From the NCBI GenBank assembly GCA_964016885.1, contig OZ024743.1, positions 228,408,001-228,472,000 of the forward strand: a DNA stretch of 64,000 bases. The letters run 5' to 3'. Of the stretch, positions 1 through 15,071 are shown piece after piece. Source of the stretch: Eledone cirrhosa (lineage: Eukaryota). The notes under the pieces were generated by a model. That model was not told the origin of the DNA and did not search any database. It saw nothing but the letters and a program-made list of their open reading frames with translations. Numbering within the stretch: the stretch's first letter is position 1; the number at the start of each line of letters is the position of its first letter. The translations under genes were made by a program, and so were the position numbers.

Positions 1-3000
1 ATAGAGAGTGTGAAAGTAGGGAACAATAGAGAGAAGAGACAGAAAGAAAGGTATATCTATCTATCTATCTATTTATCTATCTATATATATATATATATAT
101 ATATAAAGAGAGAAGAGAAGAGAGACAGAGAGAGAGAAAAGGAGATAAAGAAGAGGAGTCAGAGATGAGAGAGAAGAGAAGAGGAGAAAAGAGAAAATAA
201 GAGAGAGGGAAGGGGAGAGAGAGAAGAGAGAGAAAAAAGAGAGAGAAGGGGAGAGAGAGAGAGAAAAGAGAGAGAAGGGAAGAGAGAGAGAAGAGAAGGG
301 AAGAGAAGAGAGAAGAGAAGAGAGAGAGAAGAGAAGGGAAGAGAGAGAGAGAGGGAGGGATAGAGAGAGAGAGAGGGAGGGAGAGAGAGGGAGAGAGAGA
401 GAGAAGAATTAGAGTTAATGAAAGAACAGGGGTGTGTGTGACTCAGAGATGGTGTCAGAAATAGCAAAATGCTATTTAATACTTTAATTATGCAAGGTTA
501 TTACTAGGTGTGTGCACGATTAGATGTGCAGCAAAATATGCATTTCAGTTAAGAGAGGGCAATATTAATGGCTAAAGTATAGTGCAGCCACTCAGAATAC
601 TTGCAAAAGGGGAGAGGGGAAATGGTTAGTAATTTATAACGATTACTGTACAATGCTGAGGAGATTGTTGCCATTGTATTATATAACAACACATGCCCTA
701 ATGTTATTATTCATATATCATTATTATTATCATTAGTAACAGCAGCAGCAGCAGCAGCAGTAGTAGTAGCAGTAGTAGTAGTATAAAGGTATAATATTAC
801 TATTAGTAGTCGTATTATTATGAAAGTGCTAATGTATGCTACCAGCACTCTACTAGTTAACTTTGCACCACACTTCTCATCAGACAAAAGGAGCCAACTA
901 CTTTATGAGTACTTCTTCAGTACTGAATTCTTTCTTTATAAATTGTTTGATTGGTTTTAGTTGGCACCTCTCACTTGCAACATCATCTTAACACGTAAAA
1001 GAGAAATATTGAATAATGTAGTCCTAGATGTACTGCATCTCAATAAAAGACAGGGTTACCAATGTTGAATCAAGTTTGACCAGGATTTAGATAATTCTGA
1101 CAAAAACAATAATAACCCTTTTGGCAGCAAACTGCCTGAAACTACTCCCTGGTTTTACAATACAAAAGTTGTTTATTTAAAAACATCCATCATAATTTTA
1201 TGTAAGACACTTTGTTATGCTCCAAGCATGATCTTAATAATTAAAAATTAGTTATTTAACACAATTCCTCCAAATTTTTTATTACTTCCAATGGTGATGA
1301 AAGGTTTGTTAACGAAAAAACCAAAGAAGAAATCTTTATGTAGTTGCACTAATAAACAGCACTAATGATAGCTAGTAATGAAACCAGGGAAATCTCCCTC
1401 AAATTACACCTGGACATAAAAAAATATTATCTAATAATGTTGTCCTAGATGAACTATGTCTAAATAAAAGATAGGGGTGTCACATTTAAAACACCATTGA
1501 ACATAGGTTTGTTGAATCAAGTTTAACCTGGAGTTAGATACCAGTAACAAAATCAATAACATCTTACCCCTTTTGATATGAAAACAATTTTAGTTATATG
1601 ATACAAAGCTATTTATATTTATCTAAAACCTTCCATCATAATTCTATATAAAATAAACTAAGTTATACTCCAAACACCAAACTCTTGAATATTTAAGAAT
1701 CATTTGAAAATCACAGAGTGTCTTTTATTAGTAATTTGAAAACAAAAAAGGGCTGATAATATTCCAGCAAAAGCAAACAAAACCTCCATCATTTTATGTC
1801 TGCATTCTCCACTGGCATGGACTGGTTGTTGGATGCTCCTCCCATCACCAAATCCTTTACAATATATCCATTTTCCAGGATACCAGCACAACCATTTTAC
1901 TGTGGATAGGTTGCATTTCATTATGACCTCAACACTAACACTTCACAGCATCTAACCCAAAAGGATTTTTAAAATTATTTTTGTTTTTTCTTGAGTTCAA
2001 ATCCTGCTAGGGTTGGCTTTAGCCTTTCATCCTTATTGGATCAATCACATTAAGTACCAGTAAGGTACTGGATCGATTTAATTGACTTTTCCTTTCTCCA
2101 AAAATTGTTGGCCTTGTGCCTAAATCAGAAACTCTTATTTCTGTCGTTTCTGATGTTGATAATAATTCACCAACTTAATACTTAGCAATTTGCTCATTAA
2201 TTTCATGAAGAAGCTGTTCCATATTTTCGAACCACTGGAATACAAAGGGGTTCCAATATACATACACGACTGGAACAAATTACAAAACTCTATGATGGTT
2301 ATCTAAAAATAGTCTATTCATTTAACCATCTTTGATCTCAATGGTTCCTTACATAACATCTGTATATAATCTTCAGTTGCATTTTCATTATTTGAATGTT
2401 AAATGAATGCATGTAAATGCACACAAACATACAAAGACCCAAACATGTACACACAAACATTCAAACATGCACACACAAACACCCAAACATGGACACAGAC
2501 AAATATACAAATGTATACATACAAACACTCATACACACACATAAACATACAAACATATATAAAATCATACAAACACACATCCACACACACACAGAAACAT
2601 ATGCTGCTTTCTTGAGTACAAATAAATGCAACAATTAAACAAAGAGTTTGGTGTGAAACTTCTGAGATAACATAAGTTGTGAGAAAAGTTCAACACAAGA
2701 GAACCAACTAGATTCACATTATCATTTATCAGTGAAAATCTTAAACTATATATCCTCCCATTACTCTCCCTACCATTGACCACTATCACACCCTCAAAAT
2801 ATTGTATAACATAACATAACATCCTATTATGCTTGATTACATTCAGAAAATTTTAAAATTCTTTTATTTTCAGACCTGTTTTCAAAAGATGATTTCACAA
2901 ATATGTGAGAGAGTTGGTGTGAAGGTGTGTGTGTCTGTGTTTGTGTGTATATGAGTTTGTATAATCTATGTGTGTGCAGGTGTGTATGTCTGTCTCTGTT

Positions 3001-3562
3001 TGTTTGTATGTATGTGTATATATGCCTATGTGTATGCATGTGTGCTTGTATTTCTGAGTGCCTATATGTGTATCCATATGTACTTGTGATTGTATGTATG
3101 TATTTTTGTGTATGTGTGCATATGACTGTGTATGTGTGTATGTAGGTAGCCATGTGCACATGTGTGTATGTATTCCATATGCTAGGATTACAATTCTATG
3201 TTCTTTTTCAGTAATTAAAATTGTCTTTGGAATTCTGTGTAGTAATTGCATATAAATGTATGTTAATTCTATTCCATTCCATTCTTGTCTTTAGCTTTAA
3301 ATGATAATTTTTCCTCCAGTTGGTCTAAAGGAGCTCAGTAGACCACGCACACGTACATACAGAGAAAGGCACGCACATACACAAACAGATATACAAACAA
3401 TAATAATTTAAAAGTAAACAACAAAAATTATAACTTTAAAAACTTGAATTACATGATAGGAATGAGAGACTATATGTATGAAAGGGAATGAGAGAGAGAT
3501 AGAGAGATGTTCATATATATATGTGTGTGTGTGTATATATATATATATTTATTTATAGAGTA

Positions 3563-3629
<67 letters not shown>

Positions 3630-4125
3630 ATAGAGAGAGGGAAAGAGAGAGAGGGGGAGGGAGAGAGAGATGATAGAGATAAGGTGGGTTAAGAGATGAT
3701 AGCAAGAAAGAAGAGAAAAATGAGAGAGAGAAAGAGAAAGAAACAGAAAGAGAGAGAAACAGAAAGAACAATGAAATAACAGAATAAAACATCAATAGAA
3801 ATAGTTTGGTTTTGCCGACATCATGAAGAACAAGAACAAGAAAAATGAAATAGAACAAAACAAAAAAAAGCAAAAAAAGCAAAAAAAAAAACCCAGCCAA
3901 TACAAAATGACCCTCCCCGCAAAATAATAAATAAATAAATATAAAAAAAAAAACTTTAAAAAAATTTCTTCCATCCTTTCACATCTTGTCTGCTATTTTC
4001 TGTTCTGATGTGATATGAATAATGATTAGTTTTATTCAAATACATGCAAAATCCAGTCAGAATGTAATTTTTAGAAAACATTATATATAAAAGGAAATAG
4101 AAATTGTAAAGGAAATTTTGTTTAC

Positions 4126-4290
4126 CTTATTTGTCTTTCAGAGAATTTTACTTATATATTTTTGCCACCCTTCCTCTTCACCAGAGGTTTGTGGTTTTGG
4201 CCAATATTAAAGTGAGAAATTTTAAATGAAAACAAATTTCTAGATGGAATTTCTGGATACTTACCTGAAAATGGAAAATAAATAAATTAA
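4126..4290 (-). other. Candidate recursive splice site / non-coding exon (polypyrimidine-CAG|GTAAGT with a downstream AAG|GTAAAC donor)
   Basis: Minus strand reads TTTATTTATTTTCCATTTTCAG|GTAAGT with the junction at 4265/4264. A second donor AAG|GTAAAC lies at 4126/4125 and would define a 139-nt exon containing stops. Confidence 0.4.
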
Positions 4291-4362
4291 TTAATTTAAG
4301 AAACAAATCAATTTTTTAATGATAAAAGAAGAAAAAATAATAAAGAAAAAATATTAGATGCA

Positions 4363-4500
4363 AGCATGGCTGCATGGTTAAAGAGTTTGTTTTGAATCCA
4401 TGTGGTTCTAGGTTCAATCCCACTGCAAATATACCTTAGGCAAATATCTTCTACTATAGCCTTGTGTTGGAATTTAGCAGATGGAAACTGCAGAGGTCCA
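4363..4500 (+). mobile_element. Degenerate tRNA-head SINE fragment
   Basis: TGGCTGCATGGTTAA (A-box-like) and GGTTCAATCCC (B-box), followed by CCTTAGGCAAATATCTTCTACTATAGCC, which recurs in other copies. Confidence 0.6.
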
Positions 4501-5534
4501 TCATATATCATCATCATCATCATCGTTTAACGTCCATTTTCCACGCTAGCATGGGTCTGGACAGATGTATATGAGAATGTATATGAGAATGTATCTGTAT
4601 TTATGTGCGTGTCTGTGTTTATGTTCCAGAAGATGGTAGTTCAACAAAAAATAAATCAATAAATTAAGGTAGTGCCTTGAAGGTAGTGCCTCAGCATGGC
4701 CGCAGTCAAATGACTGCAACCAGTAAATGAATAAATTAATAAAAACAATTTTTTATGATAAAGAAAGAAAAAATAATGACTAGAAAATTGAAATAAGATA
4801 AATTAAAAAAATTTCAAACTATTCAATAATTTAAAGATTTTTCAAGCCAACCAGCCATTTGTTGTTTTTCGAGGCCACTGAATATTACATAGTAACTACC
4901 ACTTTTCTTACCAACAGCGCCATCTAGATTTTTGTCCCATCACCAACTTCATCTTAGAAAAGCTATTGTGGTTTGTAGTGGTTGGCCAGTGATGAGAAAT
5001 TACTAGATGTTTGACAAGACAACTTACGGCACAAATGATTGATTCTTGCAAAATTAAACAGGCATCTGTTAAGTCTAATAGTTGATATCAAAAACTATTC
5101 TTGAAAAAATAAAAAAAATGATAGAGAAAGAGAAAATTCACAATAAATATCCCAGTTTAGCAAGTAATTACATTTCTTCGTTTAATTATCCAAAAACCTA
5201 TAAGTCTTGTACCAACCTTTGCACAATCTAAATTAATTTTGTTTTCCTTGTACATGGAAAAAACATTTTATATGCTTGTTGTTGAATAACTAACTCTAAG
5301 AAAGAATATTTTGAGTTATTTTATTTTCATCATCTTTACAAACGATTGTTTTATATTAAACATTTTTTCTTGTTAGTTTTCAACAATTTTCCAGAAGTTC
5401 TTTTAAATGAAAATGCACAGCTTGTAAATTTGCTGACAAATGAAATCCTTAAAAATAATGTCTGCATTCTTTCTCTCTCTCTTTCTAGTTTTTTTCTCTT
5501 ATCCAACTGAAGACTGCTATCTTACTAAATTTAA

Positions 5535-5743
5535 CCCTTTTGATACCAACCCTACCAAGACTGCCTCTGGTTCTCTGAAACTAAACAATCATTTTAAAGA
5601 GTTTCTATTTACATTAGAATTTTCCAACATAATTTGATATATAACAATCGTTCATATGTTACAAATAACATTTTAGTATTTAATAATTTTGTTAAATCCC
5701 ACAAAATTCTTCATTAATGGGTTGAAATGCAATGTAAAAAGGG
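5535..5743 (+). mobile_element. piggyBac-like MITE, family 1 (degenerate)
   Basis: TTAA|CCCTTTTGATACC ... GTAAAAAGGG|TTTA. Related bodies occur at ~1115, ~1565, 15072, 30814 and 36115-36392. Confidence 0.6.
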
Positions 5744-7459
5744 TTTAAAGAAGGGATATTATTTGGTTAGATGCCAATATTATCATCATCATTTTACACC
5801 TAATTTCTAAGTTGGTGTGGGTTGGTCAAGACTAGACTGGCTGAGGAACCACATATTGACTCTTACATTTCATATTGAAGATGGTTTTTACAGTTGGATG
5901 CTCTTCCAAACACCAACTACTTTCCAGAGTATATTAGGTGCATTTTTCATGGCACTAGCTCTAATCCTGGTACTATGACTTGATGTTTGTATATGACTGT
6001 ATATTTTACTGTAACCAGATCAAGGAAACATAAAATTAACACTGAGTAAGATTTAAATTTAAAAACAAGGTACCTAAAGTGGCTGAAGTTATGTTCTCAA
6101 AGTTATTTCTAAAATGTCACTCTAAAATATCTACACAAATACACATGCACACAAACAAATGTACATATACATGCACATGTGTATCCACAAAGGATCTGTA
6201 GAAGCATCTATTTCAGAAGAGAATGTGATTAAAAAATCACTGTATTTCCCAGTGTCGAAGATACTTGGATATTATGGATGCATCTCTATTTTGAGTAGAT
6301 AAGTCTTATAAAACACGATTGACATAAACTGACTAATGTAATCTTCAGATTCATTTTTGAAAAAAAAAAAATGTCTTCCATGGAAATGATTTAGTAGAAA
6401 AGCTCTAAAAACAGATTTATTAATTCAAACGTTTATAGTATCTTTATTAGTGGACAGATTGTTGTGGAAATTTATTGTATTAGAGAAATGCCTTTCATCT
6501 TTCCGAGTAATGCAGTCATAGGTTTGTTTTGTATTTTCATAGAATATCTTGTTAGTTTCATGTGGGATGTATTATTAAGAGTTAAATTATTAAGTTCAGC
6601 TTTGTAAAATGCTAGATGACAGGTTTTCTTAAATTTGAATGTATATCTGTTGTAAATTCTGGCCCCACTTCTTAGATGGTACTTGAGCAAAAGCAGATTT
6701 TATAGCAACAAAAACCCTTTTTCCTGTAGACAAATGACCTACTACAAACTTTGTTGAAAAAATCCAACATTCATCTGTTGTGACCAGTGAAGGCATGTGC
6801 CCTATTGGTTAGGGGGTTTGAACTCATGATCATAAGGTCATGGGTTTGATGCCTTAACCAAGAGGCAAACTGAGTCCTTGAGTATAATGTTTCATTTCAT
6901 GTTTACTATTCATTATAGAAATAGTGACTTATTAAAATAGCACAGATACCTCTTATGAGATTACAACATTGTAGTACACCAGGTAAACCTGCTAAGGTGA
7001 TAGCTGTAAATTTCATTTTTCCTTTTCATTCCATCTGATCTCCACCTTCAGCAGGTGGTTTTACAGCAAAACCACCTGCTGTGCCGCAAACATTGAGTGA
7101 ATCATTATCATTGAGTTTCTGCAGAATTCGGAATTGTGAATAGCATACAGGCTTCCTATTTAATCTGTGATATCACACGCACATACATATACACACAGAG
7201 AGTATTGAAACAGAAATAGTATTAACTCATAGACATGAATGGTCTGAAAGCTAATGCTTTCTCTTTCAAAGAAAATTGTCTATATGAAGAATTAGCATAA
7301 TATATGTGAAGTTTCGTGACAACACGACAATTCAAAGCTGTTGATTTGTTTGATCACATTTCTAGGTTTGTGTTAAAAAAATAAATAAAAAGTAAATTGA
7401 AAAGATGACTGAAATATAAAAACACAATCAAAAATATATAAATAACATATATATACATA

Positions 7460-7559
7460 CAAGGTGTCCCCCAAAAATGTATACATACTTTGATTACCTG
7501 TACAGGCAATATTTATTAGAATGCTGTTGAAGTGCGTATTCATTTTTCGGGACACTCTG
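7460..7559. mobile_element. 100-bp Tc1/mariner-like MITE
   Basis: TA|CAAGGTGTCCCCCAAAAATGTATAC ... GTATTCATTTTTCGGGACACTCTG|TA: imperfect CAGGGTGTCCC-type TIRs with TA on both flanks. Confidence 0.7.
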
Positions 7560-7617
7560 TATATATATATATATGAATGTATGCATATGTGTGTCTATGT
7601 GTGCATGCATGTGTATG

Positions 7618-7665
<48 letters not shown>

Positions 7666-8613
7666 AACTTATATATATAAATACACACACACACACATAT
7701 ATATATATCAGGTAAAATATTTCAAGTGTATCGTTAGGTAGTATGTCACATCAGCTGACTGCATCTCATTGACCAGAGAAATACTGCAGTAGCGGCAACA
7801 CAGAAGAAGAACTAATTGCAAATGGCTTCAAAAGCAAGTAACAACCAATGAAAACATTGCTGCCGTATTTTGCGAGGTCATTGAATTCCAACAACGAGAA
7901 GAAAATAAATAAATGAATAAATAAATAAAAGAAACTGAAATCAACACAGAATCTATAGTGGCTATTAACTAAAAATTAACAAATCTCATTAAATGAAGGC
8001 TGTGTGTATATGTGTGTGTATGCAGTGAAGATAGTTTGAAATTTCAACACAGATGAATGTATTTGAATGCATGCATATATATTTGAGAGAGAGAATGTGT
8101 GTGTGTGTGTGTGTGTGTGCATGCAGTAGGGGTAGCTTAAAATTTCAATACAGATAAATGTGTTTGAATGTATGTATATTTGAGAGAGTGTGTGTGTATG
8201 TGAGTGAAAGTGTGTATGTATTTGAATGAGCACATGTGTAAATTCCTTTCAGTTTGCAAGTGTGTGTATATCTGAGTAAGCATATAACATATACGTATGT
8301 GTTTATATATATATATATATATATATATCCCTCTCTCTGTATGTATATATATATATAATATATACATACATATATACATTATATATATATATATATACAC
8401 ACATACATATATACATCATCATCATTTTTATGCCTGCTTTTCCCCTCTTGCATGGGTTGTGTGTGTATATATGTATATATATATACACATATATGATGTA
8501 TATATACATACATACACACATACATATAAATATAAATTGGTGTATATATTTCAATGTGTATCTGAATATTGTTGAATGGGTGTGCTTATATATGTCTATA
8601 TCTGAGTATACAC

Positions 8614-8644
<31 letters not shown>

Positions 8645-8791
8645 GTTGTGTTCATATTTGATTGTTTGCTCTTGTGTGTGTGTGTGTGCACTTAAATATT
8701 TTTTCCCTTTACAAACACTTGGCATAAGAGACATCAGAAGACTATTAAAAAAATATCTATATATCTATATATATATATATATATATATAGA

Positions 8792-8902
8792 TATGGTGCG
8801 TGTGTTTCTTATTGGCAACATGACCCTCCCAAAGTATAACAATATCGGTTTCAACACACGATTTCAGATAAAGAATCTTGCTAAACAAATTCAGAAACGA
8901 AA
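8792..8902 (-). mobile_element. Short repeat module in (TA)n (TTGTTATACTTTGGGAGGGTCAT family) preceded by a hammerhead 3' half-core GAAA-CCGA-TA
   Basis: Homologous to 19501-19574, 30423-30545 and 44352-44435; flanked by (TA)n on both sides. Confidence 0.55.
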
Positions 8903-8912
8903 TATATATATA

Positions 8913-8981
<69 letters not shown>

Positions 8982-9959
8982 CAAAACATAAACAAACAAA
9001 CAAACAAAACTTTAAAAATAAACAAACCAAAACAATCAAATCAACTAATGTGGTGATTTCGGAGGGATTTAGTGAACAGAATAAACATTGCTTGGAAAGG
9101 AAAGAAGGAAAAATATAAAGTAGAACGAATAAAATGGAATTTAAGAAATTTATCGAAACGTTATGACCCATCCCCCTCAGCTCCAAATGATGCTAGTGGT
9201 GCCCAAGGTAGAGTAGTCAAAGACTAACAGTGATGCAAGGACACGGATGAAAGCATAAGGAGACGCATTATAAACTAGATTGGGAATCAATAAAATAGCT
9301 GGAAATAATGAAGCCAAACAGCTTTGTTGGTAGGAGGTATAAACTATTGGTTCAAATAAACAGTATATGATTGAAGCCAAACTTCAATATAGCTAGCTGT
9401 AGACACATCATCAAAGAAAGTGACGTCCCATAGCAATTGTGTGCTCTGAACAAGTGAATGGTTAAAATTCTAAATAAAAGCAATAGTGATATAGATAACT
9501 GCCTAGTGTTGGGGATAGTATAATAACTATTTCGATAATTTTCTTTCTAGACTACCACCATCATCATCATCATTACCACCATCATTTTATATTTGCTTTC
9601 AGTCATGGCATGGATTGCCATGTTCTGAGTCAAGACAGGTCAAGTGACCACATCTTGTTTATATATTCCATATTTGGGCATGGTTCCTATGGTTTGATGC
9701 CCTTCCTAACACCAATCAATTAACAGAATGGACTGTGCATTTCACAAATGTTTTATATTTTAGTATATATGATGATGATGATGATGATGATGATGATGTT
9801 TCTCTGGCTGGATGCCTTTCCAGCAATCATTTTACAGAGTGTACTAGCTACATTTTATTGTTGTGCTTTAGGTAGGGAGGTTGTATCTCTTTTACACAAC
9901 TGAAGAGTACTCTCAATCTTACATTAAAGAAAATCTTTTTATTGGGGAATCTATGACTG

Positions 9960-10260
9960 AATGGAGTATGGCACTTCCCACATTTATACCAGTCTCATAA
10001 GAATTCAATATGCATTTCCAATTTACTCTGAGAGGGTCTAGCATTGTTGTCACCTTCAACATAGTTGTAGAGTGCTATACTCATCTATGGCACTTCAACC
10101 ACATTTCATCACTGAATAATAGTATGAACAAAAGTAATATAGAAGTTACAAACAGTTTTACAGTTTTAACTTGTGTTCTGAAGGCCACCAATTTATTTAC
10201 TATCCAAGCCTTTTTCATATACTTATTTTACATTTATTATAAAGTATCCTTTGCTGTATG
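9960..10260 (-). pseudogene. Highly decayed LINE (RTE-like) RT C-terminal remnant
   Basis: Broken-frame minus-strand peptides KKAWIVNKL, VKLFVTSILLLFILLFSDEMW and TML..LRVNWK resemble the LINE post-RT 'LLYGSETW...RML...VSW' region. Confidence 0.3.
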
Positions 10261-13200
10261 TTCTGAAAATTCACACATTATAGAAATTGTTAAATCTGAT
10301 GTTTTACAGTTGGTTGCCTTTGTAAATGTTTAACCATTCAACTGTAAAGCAGAAGTGATATCCATTTGTAAGCAAAGTTGTATAGAATTCAATAGAGAGG
10401 AGAGGAAGATGTTTCTTGACAAAGAGCAGAACACAATGCCATTGGCAAGGTTTAAACTTAAGATTTTGGTGACATAGACACTACATACTTGAAATCTAGA
10501 GTAAGGAGTTAAGAGACATCTGTAATAAGAATGATCATCTTTTACATTATAGTATAGTTTATATGAATATAGGTAGCAAATTGGCAGATTAAATGCTTTG
10601 TAGTATTTGTTCTGGCTCTTTGCATTCTGAGTTCAAATCCCACCAAGGTCAATTTTGTATTTCACCCATGCAAGGTTGATATATAGAGTACCATCCCTAA
10701 GGACTGACAGAATTGCTAGAGTCACATGGAATGCTTTGTGGTATTTTGTCTGGCACTGTGCATTCTGAGTTCAAATAACATTATCTTCTGCCAGGAGTTG
10801 CAACTGGCAGATAGTATCAGCAATGAAAAGACTAATGGAAACATTGTTTCCTTGGTCCAATCTGATGATCAACTCCTTTACTTTTTTTTATATAAAGCAT
10901 TGTGAGATATATGGTTATATAGTGTTTTGAGAAAGCTGGCGGAATGCAAATTTGACATACAAGAGTATACTAGAGTAACACTTATTGCCAACACTGCATT
11001 CCATTTGTTCTTTTGCAAAAGAGATTGTTATGGTAAGAGTGTAAACTGTAGATTTTGTTTTGCTTTATCTTAGTTTATTCTAGTTTTCACTCTTATTTTT
11101 ATCATTCAAAATGAGATGTAAAAAAAAACATGGTCATCTCTTATATGGAACACATAAGCAACAGAAGTAATCACAACACAATCAAACAATATGTGGGAAG
11201 CTATGAAGACCTGCTAACTACTATAAAGAAAAGAAACTGAGATGGTATGATCATGTGACAAAATCTGAATGTCATGGAATAGATTGGTAAAGATTTCCAA
11301 CAACCGCAAAGAAAGCTTGCAGCAGATGTGGTATCTTGTACCATCCTGCAGTGCCCCCATGACATTTTGAAAGTGGGGGGCATAAATTACACTGGTTTTC
11401 CCAAAACAATCTTAAACTCAATCTTTTACAAGTTTGTCTTTGGGAGGAACTGTGTTTAGAACAAAATAAAATAGCTAATGAAACACTCAAATGTTATACA
11501 GTGCTCATAATGTCTAAAACCCATTTTTATTCAATTTATAGTCAAACCAGAAATCTGAAAATACTCTCAACAATTTAGTCAACTAAAAAAGTAATCTTTA
11601 AAAAAACAAAGAGAAAAGGAGGGGGAGAAAGGAGTCAATTATGAGATCAGTCTTGCCACTGATTACACTATCTGTAAAGAGAGCTAGATCAGATACTGTA
11701 AAGTATCCTACCTGACATTTTGACAATTCTACCAAATCCATTGCCTGTGGACTGGCATTTTATTTATCAACCCTGAAACAATGAAAGGCAAAACTGACTT
11801 TGGTCAGATGTGAACTAGGAACATAGAGAACTGAAACAAATACTGCAAGGTATTTAACTCAATGTTCTAATGACTCTGTCAATTCATGGGTAGGCATTTA
11901 TAGCAATGTAGAGAAAGGAGTCATGACATACAACAAAGAAGAGTTAGAATTGGAGGTGGGTGAGGGTGGATGACAACGTTGACAACAACAAACAATCACA
12001 ATATCACATTTATATTCTGAGTATTTATAAAATCTGTTGTTGGTGTTATTATTATTATTATTGTTGTTGTTTTTGTTGTTGTTTCTCAGAAAATGGTGAA
12101 CAAGTTCATGTAAATGTTGTTAAAAGATGAATTCTCTGTTAAAATACAAACAGGGGAGGAATCAATAAGTTCACCAATATTTTGAAAGATGAAAAGATTA
12201 ATGCGAAGCAAAAAAAAAAAAATGAACAAAATGAAAAGAAAGAAAGAAAGAATAAAACAGAAACAACCTCCTTCTCACTACCACCACCACCATCCTCACA
12301 TACATGCACACAAACAAACAAACAATAATTATAAAAGAAAACAAAATTTCGAATCTAAATTGAATTGATACATTTTTCAGCAGAGAAAAATCATTCCAAA
12401 TATTGGTGGAACTAAAAGCCTTACTTCCTGTTGAAGATTCTAACATAGTTCTCTTTCTCTCTCTATCTCTTCCCCTCTTTTCCACCATTTTTCACTCCAC
12501 CCACACCATTTTTTCAAAGTGATTCTTATAAATATTTCTCTCTTTAGAGGAAGGTTACTAATATCATTATAGATTTGGTCACTTTAAAACATCAGGGTGG
12601 GACAGTTAGAAGAATGGGAGATGATGGTGTTGGTGTCATTGTTGTGGCTTTCTCTGGGCATCTATTTATTTATAATGCAGTTGTCATTGTTGTTGTTGCC
12701 AAATCAAGGTTTCTTTTTTTTATCTATTAGTATATGTGGTGCAATGCTTGAAAGAAGTGAATAAAACAACATGAGGCGAGAAAATAATGGTAGTGAAAGT
12801 TGAAATAGAAAGTTTTGGAGGCTGGAATCGAAAGGAAAGTAAAAGCAAAAAGGAAAAACTGTCTGTTTAAGTGTCAGTGTATACATATATTGCACATATG
12901 GGCATGTGTATATTATAAATTTACGAGTGCATGGGTTTCTGTGTGTATGTGTATGAAATCTTTTCTGTGGTGGGGGAAGAAGAATATGTGTGGAGTGATA
13001 TGTAAGGGAGTGTTTGAGTGTATGGGTGTGTGTGTGTGACATGTATGTATATTTGGGAACTGGAAGACATAGGTGGAACAAATGAGTAGAGAAGTCGATA
13101 AACAAAGCTAGTGGACATAAAGGGGTCTTATATCTAACTGGAAGAATAAGAGAATGTGCACATGTATATGTGTGTGTGTTTAAGAAAGTATGAGAGGGGA

Positions 13201-13355
13201 TATGTATGTATATATATATATACATATATATTTTTTATTAAGGCTAAATAGTGAGTCTTGTTAAACTAATTCGATATTGAGTACTATTTTTTTGTCAGCC
13301 ATCAACCACACACTGATATATGTAGATATATATGGATGTATGTAAATATATATAT

Positions 13356-13458
<103 letters not shown>

Positions 13459-14229
13459 GAGAGAAAAAGAGAATGAGTGAGAGAGTGCCATTTAAAGAGG
13501 GTATGTGGGTGTTTAAGAAATTGGAAAAGTGAAGAGATCTCTCTTTCTGTTCATATATATATAATGTATAATGAGAGAGAAATAGAAAGAGAGAGAGAGA
13601 AATATATCTCAATATGAATACAAAATGTGTGCTAGAAAAATACACAAGAGAAAGAATTCAGTTAAGAGGGTAACATAGAGGCTAGAAATGAATGTGAAGA
13701 GGCTGCTTTAATTTTACAGCAAAATTTTCTCCGGACCAGTTTGGTCAGATCAGAAAAAGCAGTGAATAGTTTTCTACAAACCCTTTCTCCATATTGGCGC
13801 TGTCAAATACAGATTTACTGAATTCAAAGACAGATTAATATGTAATTGTGAAAACATTCTGCCTCATTTCATAAAGCGACTTAAATCTTTAATGCTGAGA
13901 TGCCATGAGTGTTTGTAAGAAAGTGTCTTTCCAATGGCTTGTAATTTACCATCCATTTTGTAGAGGACACCCACATGTCTTTACAAGGAATAAACAGCCA
14001 ATATAGATATACACCTTCTCTGTCTATCTCTGTCTCTCTCTCTCTCTATCTATCAATTCATCTTTCTAAGCTAATACTTGCAATACTTTGGATGAGTTAA
14101 ACAAAGCAAAGCCGTATAAGACCCAAATTGAGCGTGTCTTTTGAAGAATAAGCTGTTCTCTTTCCTTGTCTTCTAATCTCGTCAAAAGAAGACTTGCAAA
14201 GTATTAAGCTTTGTCCAGTTGTTGGAATA

Positions 14230-14331
14230 CTGACAAAGCCACTATACTTCCTACTCTGTCTCTTTACAGTGAACACCACAACTGACAAAGTCACTGTACT
14301 TCCTACTATGTCTCTTTACAGTGAACACCAC
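14230..14331. repeat. 52-bp tandem duplication (2 copies)
   Basis: CTGACAAAGYCACTRTACTTCCTACTMTGTCTCTTTACAGTGAACACCACA at 14230 and 14282. Confidence 0.9.
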
Positions 14332-14673
14332 ACAAAGATAATTAATAATGGCTGGTTGGCTAGTTAAAAGTACAAGTATTAGTTAAACTGAACAGAGATT
14401 AAGTAAGTTAGTATCAGATTTTATTTTAAAGTTTCTAAAGAAAATAGTCCTCTGTTATGATCTCATACCCCTGACACCATCTCTTTCAGAAACCATTATT
14501 ATTATTACCAGTATTGATTGATTGATATATTACAGGTAAAAATTAAGTAAAAAAAACTAATAAAAACAATAATATACAAACTTAATAATGAATATTTAAA
14601 TGGAACCATAAATTGCTGATTTATACAACAAACATTAAACTACAACTTGGAAAATAAATATATATATCCTCTG

Positions 14674-14709
<36 letters not shown>

Positions 14710-15071
14710 TGTGTGCGTGTGCGTGTGTGTGTGTGTGTAATATGCGGGGGCCATAAGTAATAAATAGCTGAATTAAATGTTCTCTGCTTTCTAATTCAGC
14801 ATTCATGAGGGATCTTCTACCTTGATGCTTTGACTTAGTAAGTATAGCAGCTAAATCTAATTAGAACCATATGCTTATGCTATTTTAAATAAGAAAGGAT
14901 ACATTGGATAATATAGATCTACATAGCCCTATACAACCAGAAAGCCTATGATATAAAAGTTTGATCATTCAATAACAGTAACAACAATTTTAAAAAGGAT
15001 TTAATAGGTGAGGAATATACAATATTTCTATGAGTTTAATAAAATCAGTGAGTTATGACATTATAACGTAA

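Noticed and set aside
6472-6690. 72-aa complex-sequence ORF
   Set aside because: No recognisable motif, non-ATG start and no clear splice signals; possibly an unrecognised TE relic.
9050-9190. Hammerhead with long stem II on the minus strand (CTGAGGG GGAT...ATCCCTCC GAAA)
   Set aside because: The core is mismatched and there is no convincing stem I or cleavage triplet; at most a heavily decayed remnant.
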